From Macrostomum hystrix (lineage: Eukaryota; Animalia; Platyhelminthes), in assembly GCA_950097015.1 (NCBI GenBank), contig CATNEN010000024.1, positions 2,728,001 to 2,792,000 of the forward strand: a stretch of DNA of 64,000 nt. Direction: 5' to 3'. This document shows, piece by piece, positions 39,001-51,000 of the stretch. Every line of letters starts with the position of its first letter. Position 1 is the first letter of the stretch. The notes beneath the pieces are model-generated. The model worked only from the letters and a program-made list of their open reading frames with translations. It was not told the DNA's origin and did no database searches. Made by a program: the position numbers and the translations under genes.

Positions 39001-42000
39001 AATCTGCCTGGCGGCTACACCTGCGATTGTCCTTCTGGATTCAAGGTTGAGCGGACTGCAATCTAGCTGCTGCTAACCCACCTGCAAATTTATTGATATT
39101 CACTAAACCACCTGACTATTTATCAATCAAAACCGCCCGAATCGAAGTATCAAAAAAGCCACCCAATCATCTATCAAAGTCGCCCAATCATCTATCAAAG
39201 TCGCCCAAACATCTATCAAAGTCGCCCAAACATCTATCAAAGTCGCCCAAACATCTATCAAAGTCGCCCAAACATCTATCAAAGTCGCCCAAACATCTAT
39301 CAAAGTCGCCCAAACATCTATCAAAGTTGCCCAATCATCTATCAAAGTCGCCCAAACATCTATCAAAGCCGTTCAAACATCTATCAAAGTCACCCAAACA
39401 TCTATCAAAGTCACTCAAACATCTATCAAAGTCACCCAAACATCTATCAAAGTCACCCAAACATCTATCAAAGTCGCCCAAACATCTATCAAAGCTGCCC
39501 AAACATCTATCAAAGCCGTTCAAACATCTATCAAAGTTGCCCAATCATCTATCAAAGTCACCCAAAAATCTATCAAAGTCACTCAAACATCTATCAAAGT
39601 CACCCAAACTAAAACATCAATTAAAGCCACTCACAACAAAGATCAAACAAAGCCGCAAAGCTTATCATAAGGCGCCAATCTCATTAACTAATTAAACAAG
39701 TTGCCCCACTTCAGGCTGTCGGGTCCAGCTGCGTGGACATAAACGAATGCTCTACCAACAATGGCAACTGCTCGCATGTGTGCACGAACACCCGGGGCAG
39801 TTACCAGTGTAGCTGTCGCTCAGGCTACCAGCTAGTCAACGGCCAGCAATGCCTAGACATTGACGAGTGCTCGGTTGGAGTCACCCTGAATGGCAACCAA
39901 ATCGCGGTGAATTGTTCACAGTTGTGCGTTAACGCACCTGGCGCCTATCGATGCGGCTGTCAGTCAGGCTTTGAACTGCAATCAGACGCCTGGTCCTGCC
40001 TGCCCTCGGTAGCCTGTCAGCCGAATGCCACCTGTGGCTTCGCCTGCTACCGCAACACCACCACCGGCCTTGACACCTGCGTGTGTCCCAACCCGACCGG
40101 CTGGCTACTCAATGCCACCACCGGCCAGTGTGTGGATATTGACGAGTGCTCAGCCAATGGCAACAGCTCTTCCATTGCCAACTGCAGCGGGCAGGCGCAT
40201 TGTGTCAACCTGGCTGGCAGTTTTATCTGCAACTGCACCAACGGCTACTTGAGGAGTGCGGACGGCCGATCCTGCGTCGGTGAGTGTCGCAATGAAATTA
40301 GGATTCTATGAAACCTGGGATTTCAATGAAATTAGGATTCTATGAAACCTGGGATTTCAATGAAATTAGGATTCTATGAAACGTGGGATTTCAATGAAAT
40401 TAGGATTCTATGAAACCTGGGATTTCAATGAAATTAGGATTCTATGAAACTTGGGATTTCAATGAAATTAGGATTCTATGAAACGTGGGATTTCAATGAA
40501 ATTAGGATTCTATGAAACGTGGTATTTCAATGAAATTAGGATTCTATGAAACGTGGGATTTCAATGAAATTAGGATTCTATGAAACGTGGGATTTCAATG
40601 AAATTAGGATTCTATGAAACCTGGGATTTCAATGAAATTAGGATTCTATGAAACCTGGGATTTCAATGAAATTAGGATTCTATGAAACCTGGGATCTCAA
40701 TGAAATTAGGATTCTATGAAACCTGGGATTTCAATGAAATTAGGATTCTATGAAACCTGGGATTTCAATGAAATTAGGATTCTATGAAACCTGGGATTTC
40801 AATGAAATTAGGATTCTATGAAACGTGGGATTTCAATGAAATTAGGATTCTATAAAACGTGGGATTTCAATGAAATTAGGATTCTATGAAACTTGGGATT
40901 TCAATGAAATTAGGATTCTATGAAACCTGGGATTTCAATGAAATTAGGATTCTATGAAACGTGGGATTTCAATGAAATTAGGATTCTATGAAACGTGGGA
41001 TTTCAATGAAATTAGGATTCTATGAAACCTGGGATTTCAATGAAATAAGGATTCTATGAAACCTGGGATTTCAATTAAATTAGGATTCTATGAAACCTAG
41101 GATTTTAATGAAATTAGGATTCTATGAAACCTGGGATTTCAATGAAATTAGGATTCTATGAAACGTGGGATTTCAATGAAATTAGGATTCTATGAAACCT
41201 GGGATTTCAATGAAATTAGGATTCTATGAAACGTGGGATTTCGATGAAATTAGGATTCTATGAAACCTGGGATTTCAATGAAATTAGGATTCTATGAAAC
41301 CTGGGATTTCAATGAAATTAGGATTCTATGAAACCTGGGATTTCAATGAAATTAGGATTCTATGAAACGTGGGATTTCAATGAAATTAGGATTCTATGAA
41401 ACCTGGGATTTCAATGAAATTAGGATTCTATGAAACGTGCGATTTCAATGAAATTAGGATTCTATGAAACCTGGGATTTCAATGAAATTAGGATTCTTTG
41501 AAACCTGGGATTTCAATGAAATTAGGATTCTATGAAACCTGGGATTTCAATGAAATTAGGATTCTATGAAACCTGGGATTTCAATGAAATTAGGATTCTA
41601 TGAAACCTGGGATTTCAATGAAACTAGGATTCTATGAAACTTGGGATTTCAATGAAATTAGGATTCTATGAAACCTGGGATTTCAATGAAATTAGGATTC
41701 TATGAAACCTGGGATTTCAAAAAAATTAGGATTCTATGAAACCTGGGATTTCAATGAAATTAGGATTCTATGAAACCTGGGATTTCAATGAAATTAGGAT
41801 TCTATGAAACCTGGGATTTCAATGAAATTAGGATTCTATGAAACCTGGGATTTTAATGAAATTAGGATTCTATGAAACCTGGGATTTCAATGAAATTAGG
41901 ATTCTATGAAACCTGGGATTTCAATGAAATTAGGATTCTAGGAAACCTGGGATTTCAATGAAATTAGGATTCTTTGAAACCTGGGATTTCAATGAAATTA

Positions 42001-45000
42001 GGATTGTATGAAACCTGGGATTTCAATGAAATTAGGATTCTATGAAACTTGGGATTTCAATGAAATTAGGATTCTATGAAACCTGGGATTTCAATGAAAT
42101 TAGGATTCTATGAAACGTGGGATTTCAATGAAATTAGGATTCTATGAAACGTGGGATTTCAATGAAATTAGGATTCTATGAAACGTGGTATTTCAATGAA
42201 ATTAGGATTCTATGAAACGTGGGATTTCAATGAAATAAGGATTCTATGAAACGTGGGATTTCAATGAAATTAGGATTCTATGAAACGTGGGATTTCAATG
42301 AAATTAGGATTCTATGAAACGTGGGATTTCAATGAAATTAGGATTCTATGAAACGTGGGATTTCAATGAAATTAGGATTCTATGAAACCTGGGATTTCAA
42401 TGAAATTAGGATTCTATGAAACGTGGGATTTCAATGAAATTAGGATTCTATGAAACCTGGGATTTCAATGAAATTAGGATTCTATGAAACCTGGGATTTC
42501 AATGAAATTAGGATTCTATGAAACCTGGGATTTCAATGAAACTAGGATTCTATGAAACCTGGGATTTCAATGAAACTAGGATTCTATGAAACCTGGGATT
42601 TCAATGAAATTAGGATTCTATGAAATGTGGGATTTCAATGAAATTAGGATTCTTTGAAACCTGAGACTTGGGGATTTGAACTAAACGGGATCAATAGGGT
42701 TTTCGATGGCCTTAACACTCGCAATGCGCATTCGCAGACCGAAACGGCGGCTGGGGCCAGTGGGGCCAGTGGAGCAACTGCAGCGCCTCCTGCGGCGGCG
42801 GCCAGCGCAGTCGCCGTCGCGAGTGCGACAGCCCGACGGCTGTCGGCGCCGGAGCTCTCTGCCTGGACTCCGCCAACCAGACCCGGCTGGCCAACGAGAC
42901 CCTGGCGGAGGCCTGCAATGCCGAGGCGTGCCAGTGTGAGTGCAGTCTCAATCACTTCACAATCTAGCAATGCGCTTTAACAGTAGAAAGACGCAGGGGG
43001 AAAACAGTGTGGCCTTTCCACTGTTAATCGAAAAGCCGACTCATTCCTTCCCAGTGACCGCCGATGAGAAGCGAGACGCCATCCAGTTGGTGTTTAACCT
43101 GACAGTCAGCAGCGGCAGCAGTGGCATCACGGATCAGTTGGTAAGCCGACGCAGTCCGACTCTAAAGCCTAGAGGTTTCAGAGTCGGACTCCTTGAGAAA
43201 GACACATAATTGCCTAGTGATTCGATTTACCAAGCAATAAAATGGGTACGATCGACAAGCGGGTAGAAATTTGAATGTGTGTGGCTGCATTCCTTTAATA
43301 AATGTACCATGTTATGTACTCGTACTTAAATTTCTTCTCTTCTTTCCAGTTCCAATCTAGAATCAACGCGGAACTGCAGAAGCAGCTAATGAATAGCATC
43401 AACGCGCACTGCACCCAGGATGTCAACTCGAAACTCTGCTGCGCCTACAAAACTGGTTCAAGGAGGTGAGGGACAGCTTTTCTCTGTCTTTAAAATTGAC
43501 AAAAATTAATCAACGTAAAGAAATCGACGAAAAAATGGGCATCTGGAAATCGACGTTCAGAAATCGACATCGGGATCTAGACAATGGAAAATCGACATAA
43601 AAATCGGCATTGAAAAATCTGCATAAGAAAATTGACGTGGATGATCGACATTGAAACAGACATAGGAAATCGACGTATGGAAATCGACATAGGAAATCGA
43701 CGTATGTAAATCGACATAGGAAATCGACGTAGGGAAATCGACGTAGAGAAATCGACGTAGGGAAATCGACATTGGAGATCGACGTAGGGAAATCGACATA
43801 GGAAATCGACGTAGGGAAATCGACATAGGAAATCGACGTAGGGAAATCGACATAGGAAATCGACGTATGTAAATCGACATAGGAAATCGACGTAGGGAAA
43901 TCGACGTAGAGAAATCGACGTAGGGAAATCGACATTGGAGATCGACGTAGGGAAATCGACATAGGAAATCGACCTAGGGAAATCGACATAGGATATCGAC
44001 GTAGGGAAATCGACGTAAGGAGATCGACGTAGAGATATCGACATAGGAAATCGACGTAGGGAAATCGACATAGGAAATAGACGTAGGGAAATCGACTTAT
44101 TGAAATCGACATAAGGAAATCGACTTATTGAAATCGTCTTACAGAAATAGGAAAATCTACATAGGGATATTGACAAATGGAAATCGACATTTAGGAATTT
44201 GCATTCAGGGAATTTCTGTAAATGAATTGAGTCTTTAGAAGATTGCGGTAGACAAGTAACTGAAAATGCGCAATTAGAAACCTGTATTAAGAGTTAGATA
44301 TAAGAGATACCTTGGCTGAATCTAATCGCATTGCAGCAATCCGCTGTCGACTTTGTCGCTGGTGCAGAGCATCGCGGAGGTGCAGCTGGTCACCGGGTCG
44401 CCAGCCATCAGCCAGACCCAGCTGATTGTGTCCTATCTGATCACGCCGAGCCAGTCCAATCCGTTGTGCAACGATTTCAACGGCGGCAGCAGCAGCAGCA
44501 GCGGCAGCAGCAGCGGTCGAAAGAAGCGAGCTGCGGCCTCGTCAACCCAGTTCACCCTCAGCCTAACGCTGGCACTCACGATCTCCGGATCCAATACAAC
44601 GTGAGTGCGGGGCTGAGAACGCTCACACTCAAATACTTAATGAGCAGTTGGACTCATCCTTTGTTATTGCCAATTGCAGAACTGCCAGCCTTGTTCTGGC
44701 CCTGCAAACTCAGCTGGATAGTCTGAACATTCCCGTTACTGTGGCCTTCGGTGGAGTCAGCGCCGCCTACACAGCTCCCACAACGGTGAGTTGACATCGG
44801 CTGACTTGGATTGCTAGTCTATGCCATCGGTGAAGGAAGAGAATGGATTGCTAATCTATCCCATGGGTGAAGGAAGAGAATGGATTGCTAATCTATCCCA
44901 TGGGTGAAGGAACAGAATGGATTGCTAATCTATCCCATGGGTGAAGGAACAGAATGGATTGCTAATCTATCCCATGGGTGAAGGAACAGAATGGATTGCT

Positions 45001-48000
45001 AATCTATCCCATGGGTGAAGGAATAGAATGGATTGCTAATCTATCCCATGGGTGAAGGAATAGAATGGATTGCTAATCTATCCCATGGGTGAAGGAATAG
45101 AATGGATTGCTAATTTATCCCATGGGTGAAGGAATAGAATGGATTGCTAGCCCCGCCCATGAATGAAGGAATAGAATGGATTGCTAGCCCAGCCCATGAA
45201 TGAAGGAATAGAATGGATTGCTAGCCCAGCCCATGAATGAAGGAATAGAATGGATTGCTAGCCAAGCCCATGAATGAAGAAATATAATGGATTGCTAGCT
45301 CAGCCCATGAATGAAGGAATAGAATGGATTGCTAGCCCAGCCCATGAATGAAGGAATAGAATGGATTGCTAGCCAAGCCCATGAATGAAGAAATATAATG
45401 GATTGCTAGCTCAGCCCATGAATGAAGGAATAGAATGGATTGCTAGCTCAGCCCATGAATGAAGGAATAGAATGGATTGCTAGCTCAGCCCATGAATGAA
45501 GGAATAGAATAGATTGCTAATCTATCCCATGGGTGAAGGAATAGAATGGATTGCTAATCTATCCCATGGGTGAAGGAATAGAATGGATTGCTAGCCCCGC
45601 CCATGAATGAAGGAATAGAATGGATTGCTAGCCCAGCCCATGAATGAAGGAATAGAATGGATTGCTAGCCCAGCCCATGAATGAAGGAATAGAATGGATT
45701 GCTAATCTATCCCATGGGTGAAGGAATAGAATGGATTGCTAGCCCCGCCCATGAATGAAGGAATAGAATGGATTGCTAGCCCAGCCCATGAATGAAGGAA
45801 TAGAATGGATTGCTAGCCAAGCCCATGAATGAAGGAATAGAATGGATTGCTAGCCCCGCCCATGAATGAAGGAATAGAATGGATTGCTAGCCCCGCCCAT
45901 GAATGAAGGAATAGAATGGATTGCTAGCTCAGCCCATGAATGAAGGAATAGAATGGATTGCTAGCCCCGCCCATGAATGAAGGAATAGAATGGATTGCTA
46001 GCTCAGCCCATGAATGAAGGAATAGAATGGATTGCTAGCTCAGCCCATGAATGAAGGAATAGAATGGATTGCTAGCCCAGCCCATGAATGAAGGAATAGA
46101 ATGGATTGCTAGCTCAGCCCATGAATGAAGGAATAGAATGGATTGCTAGCCCCGCCCATGAATGAAGGAATAGAATGGATTGCTAGCTCAGCCCATGAAT
46201 GAAGGAATAGAATGGATTGCTAGCCCAGCCCATGAATGAAGGAATAGAATGGATTGCTAGCCCCGCCCATGAATGAAGGAATAGAATGGATTGCTAGCCC
46301 CGCCCATGAATGAAGGAATAGAATGGATTGCTAGCCCCGCCCATGAATGAAGGAATAGAATGGATTGCTAGCCCCGCCCATGAATGAAGGAATAGAATGG
46401 ATTGCTAGCCCCGCCCATGAATGAAGGAATAGAATGGATTGCTAGCTCAGCCCATGAATGAAGGAATAGAATGGATTGCTAGCCCAGCCCATGAATGAAG
46501 GAATAGAATGGATTGCTAGCCCAGCCCATGAATGAAGGAATAGAATGGATTGCTAGCCCCGCCCATGAATGAAGGAATAGAATGGATTGCTAGCCCAGCC
46601 CATGAATGAAGGAATAGAATGGATTGCTAGCCAAGCCCATGAATGAAGGAATAGAATGGATTGCTAGCCCAGCCCATGAATGAAGGAATAGAATGGATTG
46701 CTAGCCCCGCCCATGAATGAAGGAATAGAATGGATTGCTAGCCCAGCCCATGAATGAAGGAATAGAATGGATTGCTAATCTATCCCATGGGTGAAGGAAT
46801 AGAATGGATTGCTAATCTATCCCATGGGTGAAGGAATAGAATGGATTGCTAGCCCAGCCCATGAATGAAGGAATAGAATGGATTGCTAGCCCAGCCCATG
46901 AATGAAGGAATAGAATGGATTGCTAGCTCAGCCCATGAATGAAGGAATAGAATGGATTGCTAGCTCAGCCCATGAATGAAGGAATAGAATGGATTGCTAG
47001 CCCAGCCCATGAATGAAGGAATAGAATGGATTGCTAGCTCAGCCCATGAATGAAGGAATAGAATGGATTGCTAGCTCAGCCCATGAATGAAGGAATAGAA
47101 TGGATTGCTAATCTATCCCATGGGTGAAGGAATAGAATGGATTGCTAATCTATCCCATGGGTGAAGGAATAGAATGGATTGCTAGCCCAGCCCATGAATG
47201 AAGGAATAGAATGGATTGCTAGCCCAGCCCATGAATGAAGGAATAGAATGGATTGCTAGCTCAGCCCATGAATGAAGGAATAGAATGGATTGCTAGCTCA
47301 GCCCATGAATGAAGGAATAGAATGGATTGCTAGCCCAGCCCATGAATGAAGGAATAGAATGGATTGCTAGCTCAGCCCATGAATGAAGGAATAGAATGGA
47401 TTGCTAGCTCAGCCCATGAATGAAGGAATAGAATGGATTGCTAGCCCAGCCCATGAATGAAGGAATAGAATGGATTGCTAATCTATCCCATGGGTGAAGG
47501 AATAGAATGGATTGCTAATCTATCCCATGGGTGAAGGAATAGAATGGATTGCTAGCCCCGCCCATGAATGAAGGAATAGAATGGATTGCTAGCCCAGCCC
47601 ATGAATGAAGGAATAGAATGGATTGCTAGCCAAGCCCATGAATGAAGGAATAGAATGGATTGCTAGCCCCGCCCATGAATGAAGGAATAGAATGGATTGC
47701 TAGCCCCGCCCATGAATGAAGGAATAGAATGGATTGCTAGCTCAGCCCATGAATGAAGGAATAGAATGGATTGCTAGCCCCGCCCATGAATGAAGGAATA
47801 GAATGGATTGCTACCTCAGCCCATGAATGAAGGAATAGAATGGATTGCTAGCTCAGCCCATGAATGAAGGAATAGAATGGATTGCTAGCCCAGCCCATGA
47901 ATGAAGGAATAGAATGGATTGCTAGCTCAGCCCATGAATGAAGGAATAGAATGGATTGCTAGCTCAGCCCATGAATGAAGGAATAGAATGGATTGCTAAT

Positions 48001-51000
48001 CTATCCCATGGGTGAAGGAATAGAATGGATTGCTAATCTATCCCATGGGTGAAGGAATAGAATGGATTGCTAGCCCCGCCCATGAATGAAGGAATAGAAT
48101 GGATTGCTAGCCCAGCCCATGAATGAAGGAATAGAATGGATTGCTAGCCCAGCCCATGAATGAAGGAATAGAATGGATTGCTAGCCCCGCCCATGAATGA
48201 AGGAATAGAATGGATTGCTAGCCAAGCCCATGAATGAAGGAATAGAATGGATTGCTAGCCCAGCCCATCAATGAAGGAATAGAATGGATTGCTAGCCCAG
48301 CCCATGAATGAAGGAATAGAATGGATTGCTAGCCCAGCCCATGAATGAAGGAATAGAATGGATTGCTAGCCAAGCCCATGAATGAAGAAATATAATGGAT
48401 TGCTAGCTCAGCCCATGAATGAAGGAATAGAATGGATTGCTAGCTCAGCCCATGAATGAAGGAATAGAATGGATTGCTAGCCCAGCCCATGAATGAAGGA
48501 ATAGAATGGATTGCTAGCCCAGCCCATGAATGAAGGAATAGAATGGATTGCTAGCCAAGCCCATGAATGAAGGAATAGAATGGATTGCTAGCCCAGCCCA
48601 TGAATGAAGGAATAGAATGGATTGCTAGCCCAGCCCATGAATGAAGGAATAGAATGGATTGCTAGCCAAGCCCATGAATGAAGAAATATAATGGATTGCT
48701 AGCTCAGCCCATGAATGAAGGAATAGAATGGATTGCTAGCTCAGCCCATGAATGAAGGAATAGAATGGATTGCTAGCCCAGCCCATGAATGAAGGAATAG
48801 AATGGATTGCTAGCCCAGCCCATGAATGAAGGAATAGAATGGATTGCTAATCTATCCCATGGGTGAAGGAATAGAATGGATTGCTAATCTATCCCATGGG
48901 TGAAGGAATAGAATGGATTGCTAGCCCCGCCCATGAATGAAGGAATAGAATGGATTGCTAGCCCAGCCCATGAATGAAGGAATAGAATGGATTGCTAGCC
49001 AAGCCCATGAATGAAGGAATAGAATGGATTGCTAGCCCCGCCCATGAATGAAGGAATAGAATGGATTGCTAGCCCCGCCCATGAATGAAGGAATAGAATG
49101 GATTGCTAGCTCAGCCCATGAATGAAGGAATAGAATGGATTGCTAGCCCCGCCCATGAATGAAGGAATAGAATGGATTGCTAGCTCAGCCCATGAATGAA
49201 GGAATAGAATGGATTGCTAGCCCAGCCCATGAATGAAGGAATAGAATGGATTGCTAGCTCAGCCCATGAATGAAGGAATAGAATGGATTGCTAGCTCAGC
49301 CCATGAATGAAGGAATAGAATGGATTGCTAGCCCCGCCCATGAATGAAGGAATAGAATGGATTGCTAGCTCAGCCCATGAATGAAGGAATAGAATGGATT
49401 GCTAGCCCAGCCCATGAATGAAGGAATAGAATGGATTGCTAGCCCCGCCCATGAATGAAGGAATAGAATGGATTGCTAGCCCCGCCCATGAATGAAGGAA
49501 TAGAATGGATTGCTAGCCCCGCCCATGAATGAAGGAATAGAATGGATTGCTAGCCCCGCCCATGAATGAAGGAATAGAATGGATTGCTAGCCCCGCCCAT
49601 GAATGAAGGAATAGAATGGATTGCTAGCTCAGCCCATGAATGAAGGAATAGAATGGATTGCTAGCCCAGCCCATGAATGAAGGAATAGAATGGATTGCTA
49701 GCCCAGCCCATGAATGAAGGAATAGAATGGATTGCTAGCCCCGCCCATGAATGAAGGAATAGAATGGATTGCTAGCCCAGCCCATGAATGAAGGAATAGA
49801 ATGGATTGCTAGCCAAGCCCATGAATGAAGGAATAGAATGGATTGCTAGCCCAGCCCATGAATGAAGGAATAGAATGGATTGCTAGCCCCGCCCATGAAT
49901 GAAGGAATAGAATGGATTGCTAGCCCAGCCCATGAATGAAGGAATAGAATGGATTGCTAATCTATCCCATGGGTGAAGGAATAGAATGGATTGCTAATCT
50001 ATCCCATGGGTGAAGGAATAGAATGGATTGCTAGCCCAGCCCATGAATGAAGGAATAGAATGGATTGCTAGCCCAGCCCATGAATGAAGGAATAGAATGG
50101 ATTGCTAGCTCAGCCCATGAATGAAGGAATAGAATGGATTGCTAGCTCAGCCCATGAATGAAGGAATAGAATGGATTGCTAGCCCAGCCCATGAATGAAG
50201 GAATAGAATGGATTGCTAGCTCAGCCCATGAATGAAGGAATAGAATGGATTGCTAGCTCAGCCCATGAATGAAGGAATAGAATGGATTGCTAATCTATCC
50301 CATGGGTGAAGGAATAGAATGGATTGCTAATCTATCCCATGGGTGAAGGAATAGAATGGATTGCTAGCCCAGCCCATGAATGAAGGAATAGAATGGATTG
50401 CTAGCCCAGCCCATGAATGAAGGAATAGAATGGATTGCTAGCTCAGCCCATGAATGAAGGAATAGAATGGATTGCTAGCTCAGCCCATGAATGAAGGAAT
50501 AGAATGGATTGCTAGCCCAGCCCATGAATGAAGGAATAGAATGGATTGCTAGCTCAGCCCATGAATGAAGGAATAGAATGGATTGCTAGCTCAGCCCATG
50601 AATGAAGGAATAGAATGGATTGCTAATCTATCCCATGGGTGAAGGAATAGAATGGATTGCTAATCTATCCCATGGGTGAAGTAATAGAATGGATTGCTAG
50701 CCCCGCCCATGAATGAAGGAATAGAATGGATTGCTAGCCCAGCCCATGAATGAAGGAATAGAATGGATTGCTAGCCCAGCCCATGAATGAAGGAATAGAA
50801 TGGATTGCTAGCCCAGCCCATGAATGAAGGAATAGAATGGATTGCTAGCCCAGCCCATGAATGAAGGAATAGAAGGAATAGAATGGATTGCTAGCCCAGC
50901 CCATGAATGAAGGAATAGAATGGATTGCTAGCCAAGCCCATGAATGAAGGAATAGAATGGATTGCTAGCCCAGCCCATGAATGAAGGAATAGAATGGATT

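Noticed and set aside
39093-39695. 200-aa Lys/Ser/Pro ORF (HLSKSPK), superficially histone-H1 or protamine-like
   Set aside because: 21-bp repeat in intron 16; the flanking exons join to complete one EGF (CPSGFK|AVGSSC).
42654-42980. Ala-rich ORF and other ORFs listed here
   Set aside because: Wrong frames; the true exon is the unlisted TSP1 frame 42738-42935.
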